A stretch of 64,000 nucleotides of DNA from Longimicrobiales bacterium (GTDB lineage Bacteria > Gemmatimonadota > Gemmatimonadetes > Longimicrobiales > Gaopeijiaceae). Of this stretch, positions 45,641 through 53,348 are shown piece after piece. Positions within the stretch are counted from its first letter, which is position 1. Every line of letters starts with the position of its first letter. Both the position numbers and the translations under genes were made by a program. The DNA lies in NCBI GenBank assembly GCA_965202805.1, contig OZ241869.1:1408001-1472000 (forward strand). Reading direction: 5' to 3'. Below the pieces are notes generated by a model. It was not told the origin of the DNA, did no database searches, and worked only from the letters and a program-made list of their open reading frames with translations.

Positions 45641-45709
45641 CTGACATTTACTGATATCTACCGATAATATACGACATACCGGTGACAACCTGCTGACCCG
45701 GCACCGACC
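45641..45709 (+). promoter_or_regulatory. Helically phased array of seven YGAY(A/C) half-sites; probable OmpR-family operator
   Basis: tgaca 45642, tgata 45652, cgata 45662, cgaca 45672, tgaca 45683, tgacc 45694 and cgacc 45705; spacing 10,10,10,11,11,11. Confidence 0.6.
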
Positions 45710-45796
45710 AATCGCCTCGCCGAGAGGTGATCTTGAGATGTCTGGCGAACAGCAGGCCCTGCGGCGCCGGGACACCAGACACCCTGGAGGCACGAC

Positions 45797-46621
45797 ATGA
45801 AACACGACGACACTGGATTGGGACGAGTCCTGACGAGGCGCGAGGCACTCGCCGCCCTCGGTTTGGGGGGTGGGGCGCTGGCCACGGGCCGGTGGGCCTT
45901 CGGGATGGGCTCGGACGCGGCGCCCGCCGCCCGTCCGGGCGAGATCGCACAAGCGCTGCCGGCGTGCGTGGTGCGGCCGGAACAGACCGAAGGGCCGTTC
46001 TTCGTCGACATGCAACTCGACCGCTCCGACATCCGGTCCGATCCGTCGACCGGCGCCGTGAGCGAGGGCGCGCCGCTGACGCTCGGGTTCAACGTGTCGC
46101 AGCTCTCGGGCGGCGCCTGCACGGTGCTGGCCGGCGCGCTGGTCGACGTGTGGCAGTGCGACGCGGCGGGTGTGTACTGGGGCGTCGACGACGACGAGGC
46201 CCCCGCCGGAGCGAAGGAACGCCAATTCCTGCGGGGCCACCAGCGCACGGACGAGAACGGCGTGGCGCGCTTCACCACGATCTTCCCGGGCTGGTACCGC
46301 GGACGGGCGGTTCACGTGCACTTCAAGGTGCGCACCGACGTGGCCGGGCAACCGTACGAGTTCACCTCGCAGCTCTACTTCGACGAGGCGCTCATCGACC
46401 AGGTGCACGCTCAGGCGCCTTATGCTGCGCGGGGACGGCGCGCCATGACCAACGCCGACGACCGGACCTTCCGCAACGGGGGCGAAAGCCTCATGCCCCG
46501 GGTGAGCGAGACCGGTGCGGGATACGCCGCGACCTTCGACCTCGGGCTCGATCTCACGGATGCGGCCACCGGCCGGCCCGATGGCGGCGGGGGCAGGCGA
46601 CGGGGACCGGTCTTCGTCTGA
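45797..46621 (+). CDS. Tat-exported intradiol ring-cleavage dioxygenase-like protein
   Basis: GGAGG RBS; TRREAL twin-arginine signal; TEGPFF, VDVWQCDAAGVY, FLRGHQ.TD.NG, TIFPGWY.GR.VHVH (2 Tyr and 2 His iron ligands) and FTSQLYF. Confidence 0.85.
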   Translation: MKHDDTGLGRVLTRREALAALGLGGGALATGRWAFGMGSDAAPAARPGEIAQALPACVVRPEQTEGPFFVDMQLDRSDIRSDPSTGAVSEGAPLTLGFNVSQLSGGACTVLAGALVDVWQCDAAGVYWGVDDDEAPAGAKERQFLRGHQRTDENGVARFTTIFPGWYRGRAVHVHFKVRTDVAGQPYEFTSQLYFDEALIDQVHAQAPYAARGRRAMTNADDRTFRNGGESLMPRVSETGAGYAATFDLGLDLTDAATGRPDGGGGRRRGPVFV

Positions 46622-47928
46622 TGCCCATGGAACTCCGCGGGGCGGCGTGGCTGTTGCTGGCCGTGGCGACGTCGCTGATTCCCTCGAAGGCGAGCGCGCA
46701 GCAGCCGGCGCCCGACGGCGGTCCGGAGGATGCCCTCCTGCGCGTCTTCCTGGACTGCGACCCTTGGATGTGCGACTTCGACCACTTCCGCCGGGAGGTC
46801 TCGTTCGTGAACTACGTCCGGGACAGGGCCGACGCGCAGCTCCACGTGCTGGTTACCTCGCAGGAGACGGCGGCCGGGGGCGAGGCCTACGAGATGTTCT
46901 TCATGGGACTCGAGGAGCGGGCCGGGCAGCAGGACACGCTCCGCTTCGTCTCGCAGGAGAGCGACACGGACGAGGAGCAGCGGGCCGGACTTACGCAGAC
47001 CTTCAAGCTGGGCCTCGTCCGGTACGCGGCGCCCACGTCCGCCGGTCCGCTGCTCGACATCCGCTACGAGGCACCCGTCCAGGCTCGGCAGCAGGCCTCC
47101 GCCGAGACGGATCCCTGGAACCTGTGGGTGTTCAGCATCCGGGCCGGTGCCGAGCTCGATGGCGAGAGCCGCGAGAGTTCGCAGGCGTTCGACGGGTCGT
47201 TCTCCGCCAGCCGCACGACCGAGGACCTCAAGATCGACATCAGTTCGTACGCCGAATACGAGGAGGAGGAGTTCGAGCTGAACGAGGGCGAGGTGCTCGT
47301 GAGCACGGCGCGCAACATCAACCACGAAGGCCTCGTCGTCTGGAGCATCGGGCCGAACTGGTCCGCCGGCGTCCGCGCGTCCGTCCTCACGTCGACCAGA
47401 GTCAACCAGGACCTGGCGCTTCGAGCGGCCCCCGCACTGCAGTACAGCATCTTCCCCTACGCCGAGTCGACGCGGAGGCAGATCACGTTCCTGTACTCGC
47501 TGGGATTGGCCTCCTTCGACTACGAGGAGGTGACGCTCTTCGACAAGACCGGGGAGACCCATGCCGAGCAGCGAATGGAGGTGTCAGCCGAGTTCCAGCA
47601 GCCCTGGGGAGAGATCAACAGCGCCCTCGAGGCCTCCATGTTCGTCCATGACCCCTCGCTGCACCGGATCGACCTGTTCGCGCGCGTCGAGTACCGGATC
47701 CTGAGAGGTCTGAACCTGGACCTGGAGGGAAGGGTGGCCCGGGTAAAGGACCAGATCTATCTGAGCCGCGAGGGCATTCCCGATGAGGAAATCCTCCTGG
47801 AACGCCGCCAGCTGGGAACCGACTTCGAGTACGAGCTGGAGATCGGGTTCAGCTTCACATTCGGGTCTGTCTTCAACAACGTGGTCAACCCGCGCATGGG
47901 GTCGAACCGGGGACGCAGGTTCTTCTAG
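46621..47928 (+). CDS. Hypothetical outer-membrane beta-barrel protein with an N-terminal CxxxxC domain
   Basis: ATG overlaps the upstream TGA; signal peptide; VFLDCDPWMCDFD; alternating beta-strand pattern ending IGFSFTFGS.FNNVVNPR. Confidence 0.7.
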   Translation: MPMELRGAAWLLLAVATSLIPSKASAQQPAPDGGPEDALLRVFLDCDPWMCDFDHFRREVSFVNYVRDRADAQLHVLVTSQETAAGGEAYEMFFMGLEERAGQQDTLRFVSQESDTDEEQRAGLTQTFKLGLVRYAAPTSAGPLLDIRYEAPVQARQQASAETDPWNLWVFSIRAGAELDGESRESSQAFDGSFSASRTTEDLKIDISSYAEYEEEEFELNEGEVLVSTARNINHEGLVVWSIGPNWSAGVRASVLTSTRVNQDLALRAAPALQYSIFPYAESTRRQITFLYSLGLASFDYEEVTLFDKTGETHAEQRMEVSAEFQQPWGEINSALEASMFVHDPSLHRIDLFARVEYRILRGLNLDLEGRVARVKDQIYLSREGIPDEEILLERRQLGTDFEYELEIGFSFTFGSVFNNVVNPRMGSNRGRRFF

Positions 47929-47948
47929 GTGATCCGTTTCGTGAGAGG

Positions 47949-49364
47949 CTACCGCAGCACCGGCCTCCCGGCGCGCGTGCCCAGGTACTCGCCGCCCTCG
48001 ATGGTGAGCACGCCGTTGACGAACACGTACTCGATGCCGCCCGAGGGAACCGCCGCGTTGGTGTAGTCCCCGCGGTCGATGACCGTCTCCGGGTCGAACA
48101 CGGTGATGTCGGCGTCGGCTCCCACCCGGATGCGACCCTTGTTCGCCATCATGGGCACGTAGCGCTCCAGGCGTCGCGCCGGCTCGATGGTCATCTTGCG
48201 GAGCGCTTCCATCAGGGTCATGACCCCGTCCTCGCGCACGTACCTGCCGAGCACCCTGGAGAACGACCCGGTCGAGCGCGGATGGCTCACCTGCGCGCCC
48301 CCGTCGCTCGCCACCATGGTCAGCGGGCTCGCGACCGCCGTGAGCGTCATCTCCTCCGTGCGCACGTGGCTGATGACGCTGCCGCCCTGCGCCCGGTAGC
48401 GGCCGAAGCTCTCGCGCGTCAGCCGCTCGCCGGTGGCGCCCCACTGGAAGACGGTGAAGCGCTGGTCGTCCCATCCCTCCCAATCGTCGTAGAGGGCGGA
48501 CTCGATTCGGCTCTGGCTGGCGCCGTAGGGATAGGCTTCGGTGGTCACGTCGCTGCCGGCGTCGATGGCCTCCTGCACCACCGCGAGGAACTCTGCGGTG
48601 GCGGCGCCGCCGGTGGAGTTGGCGTGCACGATATGGAGCGGCGCTCCGGCCTGCGCAGCCAGGTCGATGGCGTAGTGGGCGCCGTCGGGCCAGCCGTACG
48701 TGTGCACGTGCGCGGACGCCCCCACCTCGCCCGCGACGGACATCGCGGCGAGAAGTTCGTCGTCGGTGGCGGCCGGCGTGTAGGGAAACCCGAATCCCAC
48801 CGCGGGCGCGCCCTGCTCCAGTCCCTCGCGGATGCGGCGCGCGATCTCGTCGATCTGCTCGGGCGTGGCGAGGTCGTCCTTGCCGGCGTCGGCGGGCAGG
48901 AAGTCGCCCGTGTCGCCCATGACCCGCATGCGCACGGGGATGTGCCCGATGCTCGCGCCGTAGTTCACGGGCTGGCCGCCCTCGCGTTCGGCGTAGAACG
49001 TGGCGACGTCCCCGGTGCCGACCTCGAGCTCCAGGCCGGTGGTCACCCCGTCGTGGGCCATGAAACGGTAGTTCTCGTCCGACTGGCCGTGCTGGTGCAG
49101 GTCGACGAAGCCGGGCGCGACCACCAGGCCGGAGGCGTCGATGACCCGGGCGCCTGCCAGCGGGTCCTCCGAGATCGCCTCGATGCGGTCGCCGGTGATG
49201 CCGACGTTGAGCGTCGCATCGGTACCCGATTCCGGATCCATGACCCGGCCTCCGGAGAGCACGACGTCGTAGGAGGGCGTGGCCTCCGCGCATGCGCCCG
49301 CCGCCAGGGCCAGGGCGAGCGACGCCGCAGGCATCTTCCCGAACATTTCTCTCGTTGCGCACAT
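47949..49364 (-). CDS. Amidohydrolase, N-acyl-D-amino-acid deacylase-like (probable lipoprotein)
   Basis: AAGGAG RBS; PGFVDLHQH, TTEAYPY, ASDG, HPRSTGSF.RVLG and KGRIRVGADADITVFDP. Confidence 0.85.
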   Translation of the reverse strand: MCATREMFGKMPAASLALALAAGACAEATPSYDVVLSGGRVMDPESGTDATLNVGITGDRIEAISEDPLAGARVIDASGLVVAPGFVDLHQHGQSDENYRFMAHDGVTTGLELEVGTGDVATFYAEREGGQPVNYGASIGHIPVRMRVMGDTGDFLPADAGKDDLATPEQIDEIARRIREGLEQGAPAVGFGFPYTPAATDDELLAAMSVAGEVGASAHVHTYGWPDGAHYAIDLAAQAGAPLHIVHANSTGGAATAEFLAVVQEAIDAGSDVTTEAYPYGASQSRIESALYDDWEGWDDQRFTVFQWGATGERLTRESFGRYRAQGGSVISHVRTEEMTLTAVASPLTMVASDGGAQVSHPRSTGSFSRVLGRYVREDGVMTLMEALRKMTIEPARRLERYVPMMANKGRIRVGADADITVFDPETVIDRGDYTNAAVPSGGIEYVFVNGVLTIEGGEYLGTRAGRPVLR

Positions 49365-49574
49365 CTCTGGTGCTCCTTCGCCGGGTTTGTCGACTTTGGG
49401 GTGGTTACACCCAGCCGTCCCCTGGAACATACGGAGAGGATCCGGCTGAGACAGGCTCGGCCGGTCGGGGGCACGTCTTCGTCGTGCGGGCCGCGAGGAA
49501 CAGACTTTGACGAAGCGGATGCATCCGAAGCACTATTCCGGGTCCGATCGCGCGTCCGCCGGAAGGAGTCCGTC

Positions 49575-51239
49575 ATGACAATCCAGTCCCCCCTTCCCTC
49601 TCTTGCGTCGCTGCTGCTCCTCGCCGGCGTGGCTGCCGCATGTTCGCAGCCGGCGTCGGAAGCGGACCCGCGCGTCGACGAGATCTTCGCCCAGTGGGAC
49701 TCGGCGGAGAGTCCCGGGTGCGCGCTTTCGGTGGTCGAGGGCGGGAGCATGCTGCTCTCGCGGGCGTGGGGCATGGCGGATCTCGAACACGGCATCCCCA
49801 ACACCCCGTCGACCATCTTCGAGGGAGGATCGCTGGCGAAGCAGTTCACCTCGGCGGCGGTGGTGCTGCTGGCGCTCGACGGCAAGCTGTCCCTCGACGA
49901 CGACGTGCGCACCCATATCCCGGAGGTGCGCGACTACGGCGAACCGGTCACGCTGCGCCGCCTCATGACCCACACCAGCGGCATGCGCGACTGGGGCTCG
50001 GTGGCGTCGATCTCCGGCTGGGGGCGGGGGGAGCGCTCGCACCGGCATGCGCACGTACTCGACATCGTGAGCCGTCAGAGCGCGCTCAACTTCGTGCCCG
50101 GCCACGAATACTCGTACAGCAACACCGGGTACAACCTGCTCGCGGTGGTCGTGGACCGGGTGAGCGGGATGCCCTTCGCGGAGTTTTCCCGCGAGCGCAT
50201 CTTCGAGCCCCTGGGGATGAGCGATACGCAGTGGCGGGACGACTACCGGCGCCTGGTTCCGCGGCGCAGCACGGCCTACTCCGCCGCCGAGGACGGTTTC
50301 CTGATCAATCGCCCCATCGAGTACGTGCACGGGAACGGAGGCATCCTGAGCACGGTCGGCGACCTGCAGGTCTGGAACGCGGCGCTCACCGACGGGCGCC
50401 TGGGCGGCGATGAGTTCGTGCGCATGATGCACGACCGGGCCGTCCTCAACGACGGGCGTACGATCTCCTACGCCGGGGGTCTCCAGCTGCGCGACTTCGC
50501 GGGCGTGCCCTCGATCACCCACACCGGGTCGACCGCCGGGTACCGGGGCTTCATCGGGCGCTATCCCGACCAGCAGCTCTCGATCGCGATCCTGTGCAAC
50601 GTGGGCAACGCCAACCCCGGGGCGCTGGGCGGGCAGGTGGCGCGCGTGTTCCTGGGTGACGCAGCCTCTCCCGACCCGGAACCGGGCGAAGGGATGTCGC
50701 TTTCGGCCGGCGAGCTGGAGGCGAAGGCCGGGCTCTACCGCGAAGTGGACACCGGCGACCCGCTGCGCATCACCCTGGAGGACGGCGCGCTGCGGGTCGG
50801 GAACCAGCGCCTGGTCGCCCAGTCGGCGAGCGAGTTCCAGGTGGGGGCGAGCGAGCGCCGTCTCGTCTTCGGGGATGCAAGCGGCGGCGGACGGGCCGGC
50901 ATCGACGAGTACACCGGGGAGTACTACGACAACACCTACGAACCGGTTGACGAGTTCGCGCCGGCTTCCGGGCAGCTCGATGCCTATACGGGCACCTTTC
51001 ACAGCGCCGACGCCGAGACGACCTTGATGGTGGCCGTGGAGGATGGTCGCCTGGTGGCGAAGCGCAGGCCGGATGCAGTCTTCGAACTGGAGCCCGTCTA
51101 CCAGGACGCGTTCGATGCCGGCGGCCTCGGGCGCATCCGCTTCGACCTGGGCGCCGACGGACGCGCGGAAGCCTTCGGTATCCGGCAGGGACGCGTCTAC
51201 GACATGCGATTCCAGCGAGTCGCCGACTCTGGAGAATGA
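49575..51239 (+). CDS. Serine hydrolase (beta-lactamase family) lipoprotein with C-terminal beta domains
   Basis: AAGGAG RBS; AAAC lipobox; SLAK (SxxK), YSN and HTG motifs. Confidence 0.88.
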   Translation: MTIQSPLPSLASLLLLAGVAAACSQPASEADPRVDEIFAQWDSAESPGCALSVVEGGSMLLSRAWGMADLEHGIPNTPSTIFEGGSLAKQFTSAAVVLLALDGKLSLDDDVRTHIPEVRDYGEPVTLRRLMTHTSGMRDWGSVASISGWGRGERSHRHAHVLDIVSRQSALNFVPGHEYSYSNTGYNLLAVVVDRVSGMPFAEFSRERIFEPLGMSDTQWRDDYRRLVPRRSTAYSAAEDGFLINRPIEYVHGNGGILSTVGDLQVWNAALTDGRLGGDEFVRMMHDRAVLNDGRTISYAGGLQLRDFAGVPSITHTGSTAGYRGFIGRYPDQQLSIAILCNVGNANPGALGGQVARVFLGDAASPDPEPGEGMSLSAGELEAKAGLYREVDTGDPLRITLEDGALRVGNQRLVAQSASEFQVGASERRLVFGDASGGGRAGIDEYTGEYYDNTYEPVDEFAPASGQLDAYTGTFHSADAETTLMVAVEDGRLVAKRRPDAVFELEPVYQDAFDAGGLGRIRFDLGADGRAEAFGIRQGRVYDMRFQRVADSGE

Positions 51240-51754
51240 TGATGGAGCGAAGCAGGATGAGTCAGGAACGAAGGCCCGAGGTCGTGCCCGCCGCCGCCGG
51301 TCCCGGCGAGGAGGTGACGGTGTCCATGGACCGGATTCCCTACGCGGCCGTCTACATCGGCTTCGGCGCGCTGGGCGGCAACCACCAGCTGCTGACCCAG
51401 GAGGAAACCGACGCCAACGGGCTGCTCTCGGCGACGGTGCGCCTGCCGGACTGGGCCACTCCCGACCTCAAGCACTTCTTCTTCCTGGCGGGCTTCGACC
51501 AGCGGCCCTTCGTGACTTCGCACGAATTCCACGTCGCGGACGAGAACGGCGTGTTCCGGGTGGAGGGCGAGATCACCGACGAAGGGCTGGCCTGTCCCTC
51601 CATGCGCAACGGCGACGATCGCCTGTACACCCTGGAGGGGAACACCGAAGGGATCGCGCCCGGCGATCGAGTGGTGCTGCAGGCGACCCTGGCCGCGGAG
51701 CCGGCGTGCGAGGGGGGCGTGGCGATCGAGGTGCGCGATGCGCGGGTTCGGTAG
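51236..51754 (+). CDS. Hypothetical protein with a small two-Cys C-terminal beta domain
   Basis: Overlaps both neighbours in operon style; high-GC3 codon usage. The start may be ATG 51257. Confidence 0.6.
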   Translation: MMMERSRMSQERRPEVVPAAAGPGEEVTVSMDRIPYAAVYIGFGALGGNHQLLTQEETDANGLLSATVRLPDWATPDLKHFFFLAGFDQRPFVTSHEFHVADENGVFRVEGEITDEGLACPSMRNGDDRLYTLEGNTEGIAPGDRVVLQATLAAEPACEGGVAIEVRDARVR

Positions 51755-53339
51755 AGGCGGGACGGCGATCACGCTGCTTCTCCTCTCCATCGCCTGCGAG
51801 GCACCGGCCCCTGCGCCCGGGCCGGAGGCAGCCCCCGACATCGACGTCGTCGAGCTCACCGCCGGGCAGATCCAGGCCGACTACGCCGAGGGCCGCTACA
51901 CCGCCGTTCAGCTCACGCAGGCCTCCCTGGGCCGCATCGAGCGCTTCGAGGACCTCTACAACGCGTTCATCTCCATGAACCCGGACGCGCTCGCGACCGC
52001 CGCCGTTCTGGACCGCGAGTACGCCGCCTCGGGCCCGCGCGGCCCGCTGCACGGGGTGCCGGTGGTCATCAAGGACAACATCGACTACGCGGGGCAGGTC
52101 ACCACCGCCGGCTACGACGGCTTCAGCGCAGCCGCCGGGGGCGTGGACATGATCCCCGACGACGATGCCGCGGTCGTGACCCGCCTGCGCGAGGCGGGTG
52201 CCGTCATCCTGGGAAAGACCAACCTGCCCGACTTCGCCGGACACGGCACCCGCACCGAGAGCTCGGTGGCCGGGGTCACCCTGAACGCATACGACGTCAC
52301 CCGCGTACCCGGGGGGTCGAGCGGCGGCACCGCCACGGCCGTCAACGCCAGCTTCGCCGTGCTCGGGCTGGGCACCGAGACGGGCGGGTCGATCCAGAAC
52401 CCGTCGGCGGCGCAGGCGCTGGTGGGCGTGAAGCCCACCTACGGGCTGGTGCCGCTGGAGGGCGTGGTGCCGCTGAACGGCAGCTACGCCGACGTGGTCG
52501 GGCCGATGGCCAGGACCGTGCGGGACGCCGCCGTCGCCATGGACGTGCTCGCGGGGCCCACCCCGGAGGACCTGGCCACCTACGCGGCCGCCGGCCACAT
52601 CCCGGAGGAAGGCTATGCCGCCGCCCTCGACCCTGCGGCCCTGGCGGGCGGGCGCTTCGGGCTGGTGGGCGAGGGATGGCGCGACACCTGGCTCCCGCTC
52701 GCCGAGGAAACCGAGGCGATGTACCAGGAGGCGATCGAGGCTCTCCACGCGCGCGGAGCCGAGACCGTGGAGGATCCGTTCGCGGGCACCGGCTTCGTCG
52801 AACTCTACGCGGAGCGCCCGCGCGTCCCCTCCGCCGCCTCCTACGACATGCTCAACTACTTCCGGGGACTCGGTCCCGGCGCGGCGTTCCACAGCGTCGA
52901 GGAGTGGGAGGCCCTGTCGGGCAGGTCATTCCGCGACCGCGAGGACGACGACCGTCCGCCTCCGGCACGCCCCAGCGCCACCGAGGAGGGCGACGCCTTC
53001 CAGGGCTGGCGGGCGGACATCCGCGCCCTCTTCCGAAGCGCGTTGGAGGAGCATGACCTCGACGGCCTGTTCTTTCCCCAGGCGGGCGCCCCCATCGGCG
53101 ATCTGGTGGAGGATCCGGAGCGTCCCGACTTCAATCCCAACAATCATCCCGAACTTCCCAGCAATGTCATAAATGATATTGGCCTGCCCGTAGTGACCGT
53201 GCCGTTCGGCTACTATCCGGACGGGACGCCCTTCGTGCTCGCCTTCATCGGAGATCTGTGGACGGAGGCCGAGCTGCTGGGCTACGCGTACGACCTCGAG
53301 CAGGCCACGAAGGCGCGAATCCCACCCATGCTGAGGTAG
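51738..53339 (+). CDS. Amidase-signature family lipoprotein
   Basis: GPLHGVPVVIKDN, GKTNLPDF, GGSSGG and GTETGGSI (Lys-cisSer-Ser triad). Confidence 0.92.
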   Translation: MRGFGRGGTAITLLLLSIACEAPAPAPGPEAAPDIDVVELTAGQIQADYAEGRYTAVQLTQASLGRIERFEDLYNAFISMNPDALATAAVLDREYAASGPRGPLHGVPVVIKDNIDYAGQVTTAGYDGFSAAAGGVDMIPDDDAAVVTRLREAGAVILGKTNLPDFAGHGTRTESSVAGVTLNAYDVTRVPGGSSGGTATAVNASFAVLGLGTETGGSIQNPSAAQALVGVKPTYGLVPLEGVVPLNGSYADVVGPMARTVRDAAVAMDVLAGPTPEDLATYAAAGHIPEEGYAAALDPAALAGGRFGLVGEGWRDTWLPLAEETEAMYQEAIEALHARGAETVEDPFAGTGFVELYAERPRVPSAASYDMLNYFRGLGPGAAFHSVEEWEALSGRSFRDREDDDRPPPARPSATEEGDAFQGWRADIRALFRSALEEHDLDGLFFPQAGAPIGDLVEDPERPDFNPNNHPELPSNVINDIGLPVVTVPFGYYPDGTPFVLAFIGDLWTEAELLGYAYDLEQATKARIPPMLR

Positions 53340-53348
53340 ATCCGGTCC

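Noticed and set aside
45641..45709. Repeat arrays here and at 30506 considered as CRISPR or mini-CRISPR
   Set aside because: The period is 10-11 bp with no unique spacers, and there are no cas genes.
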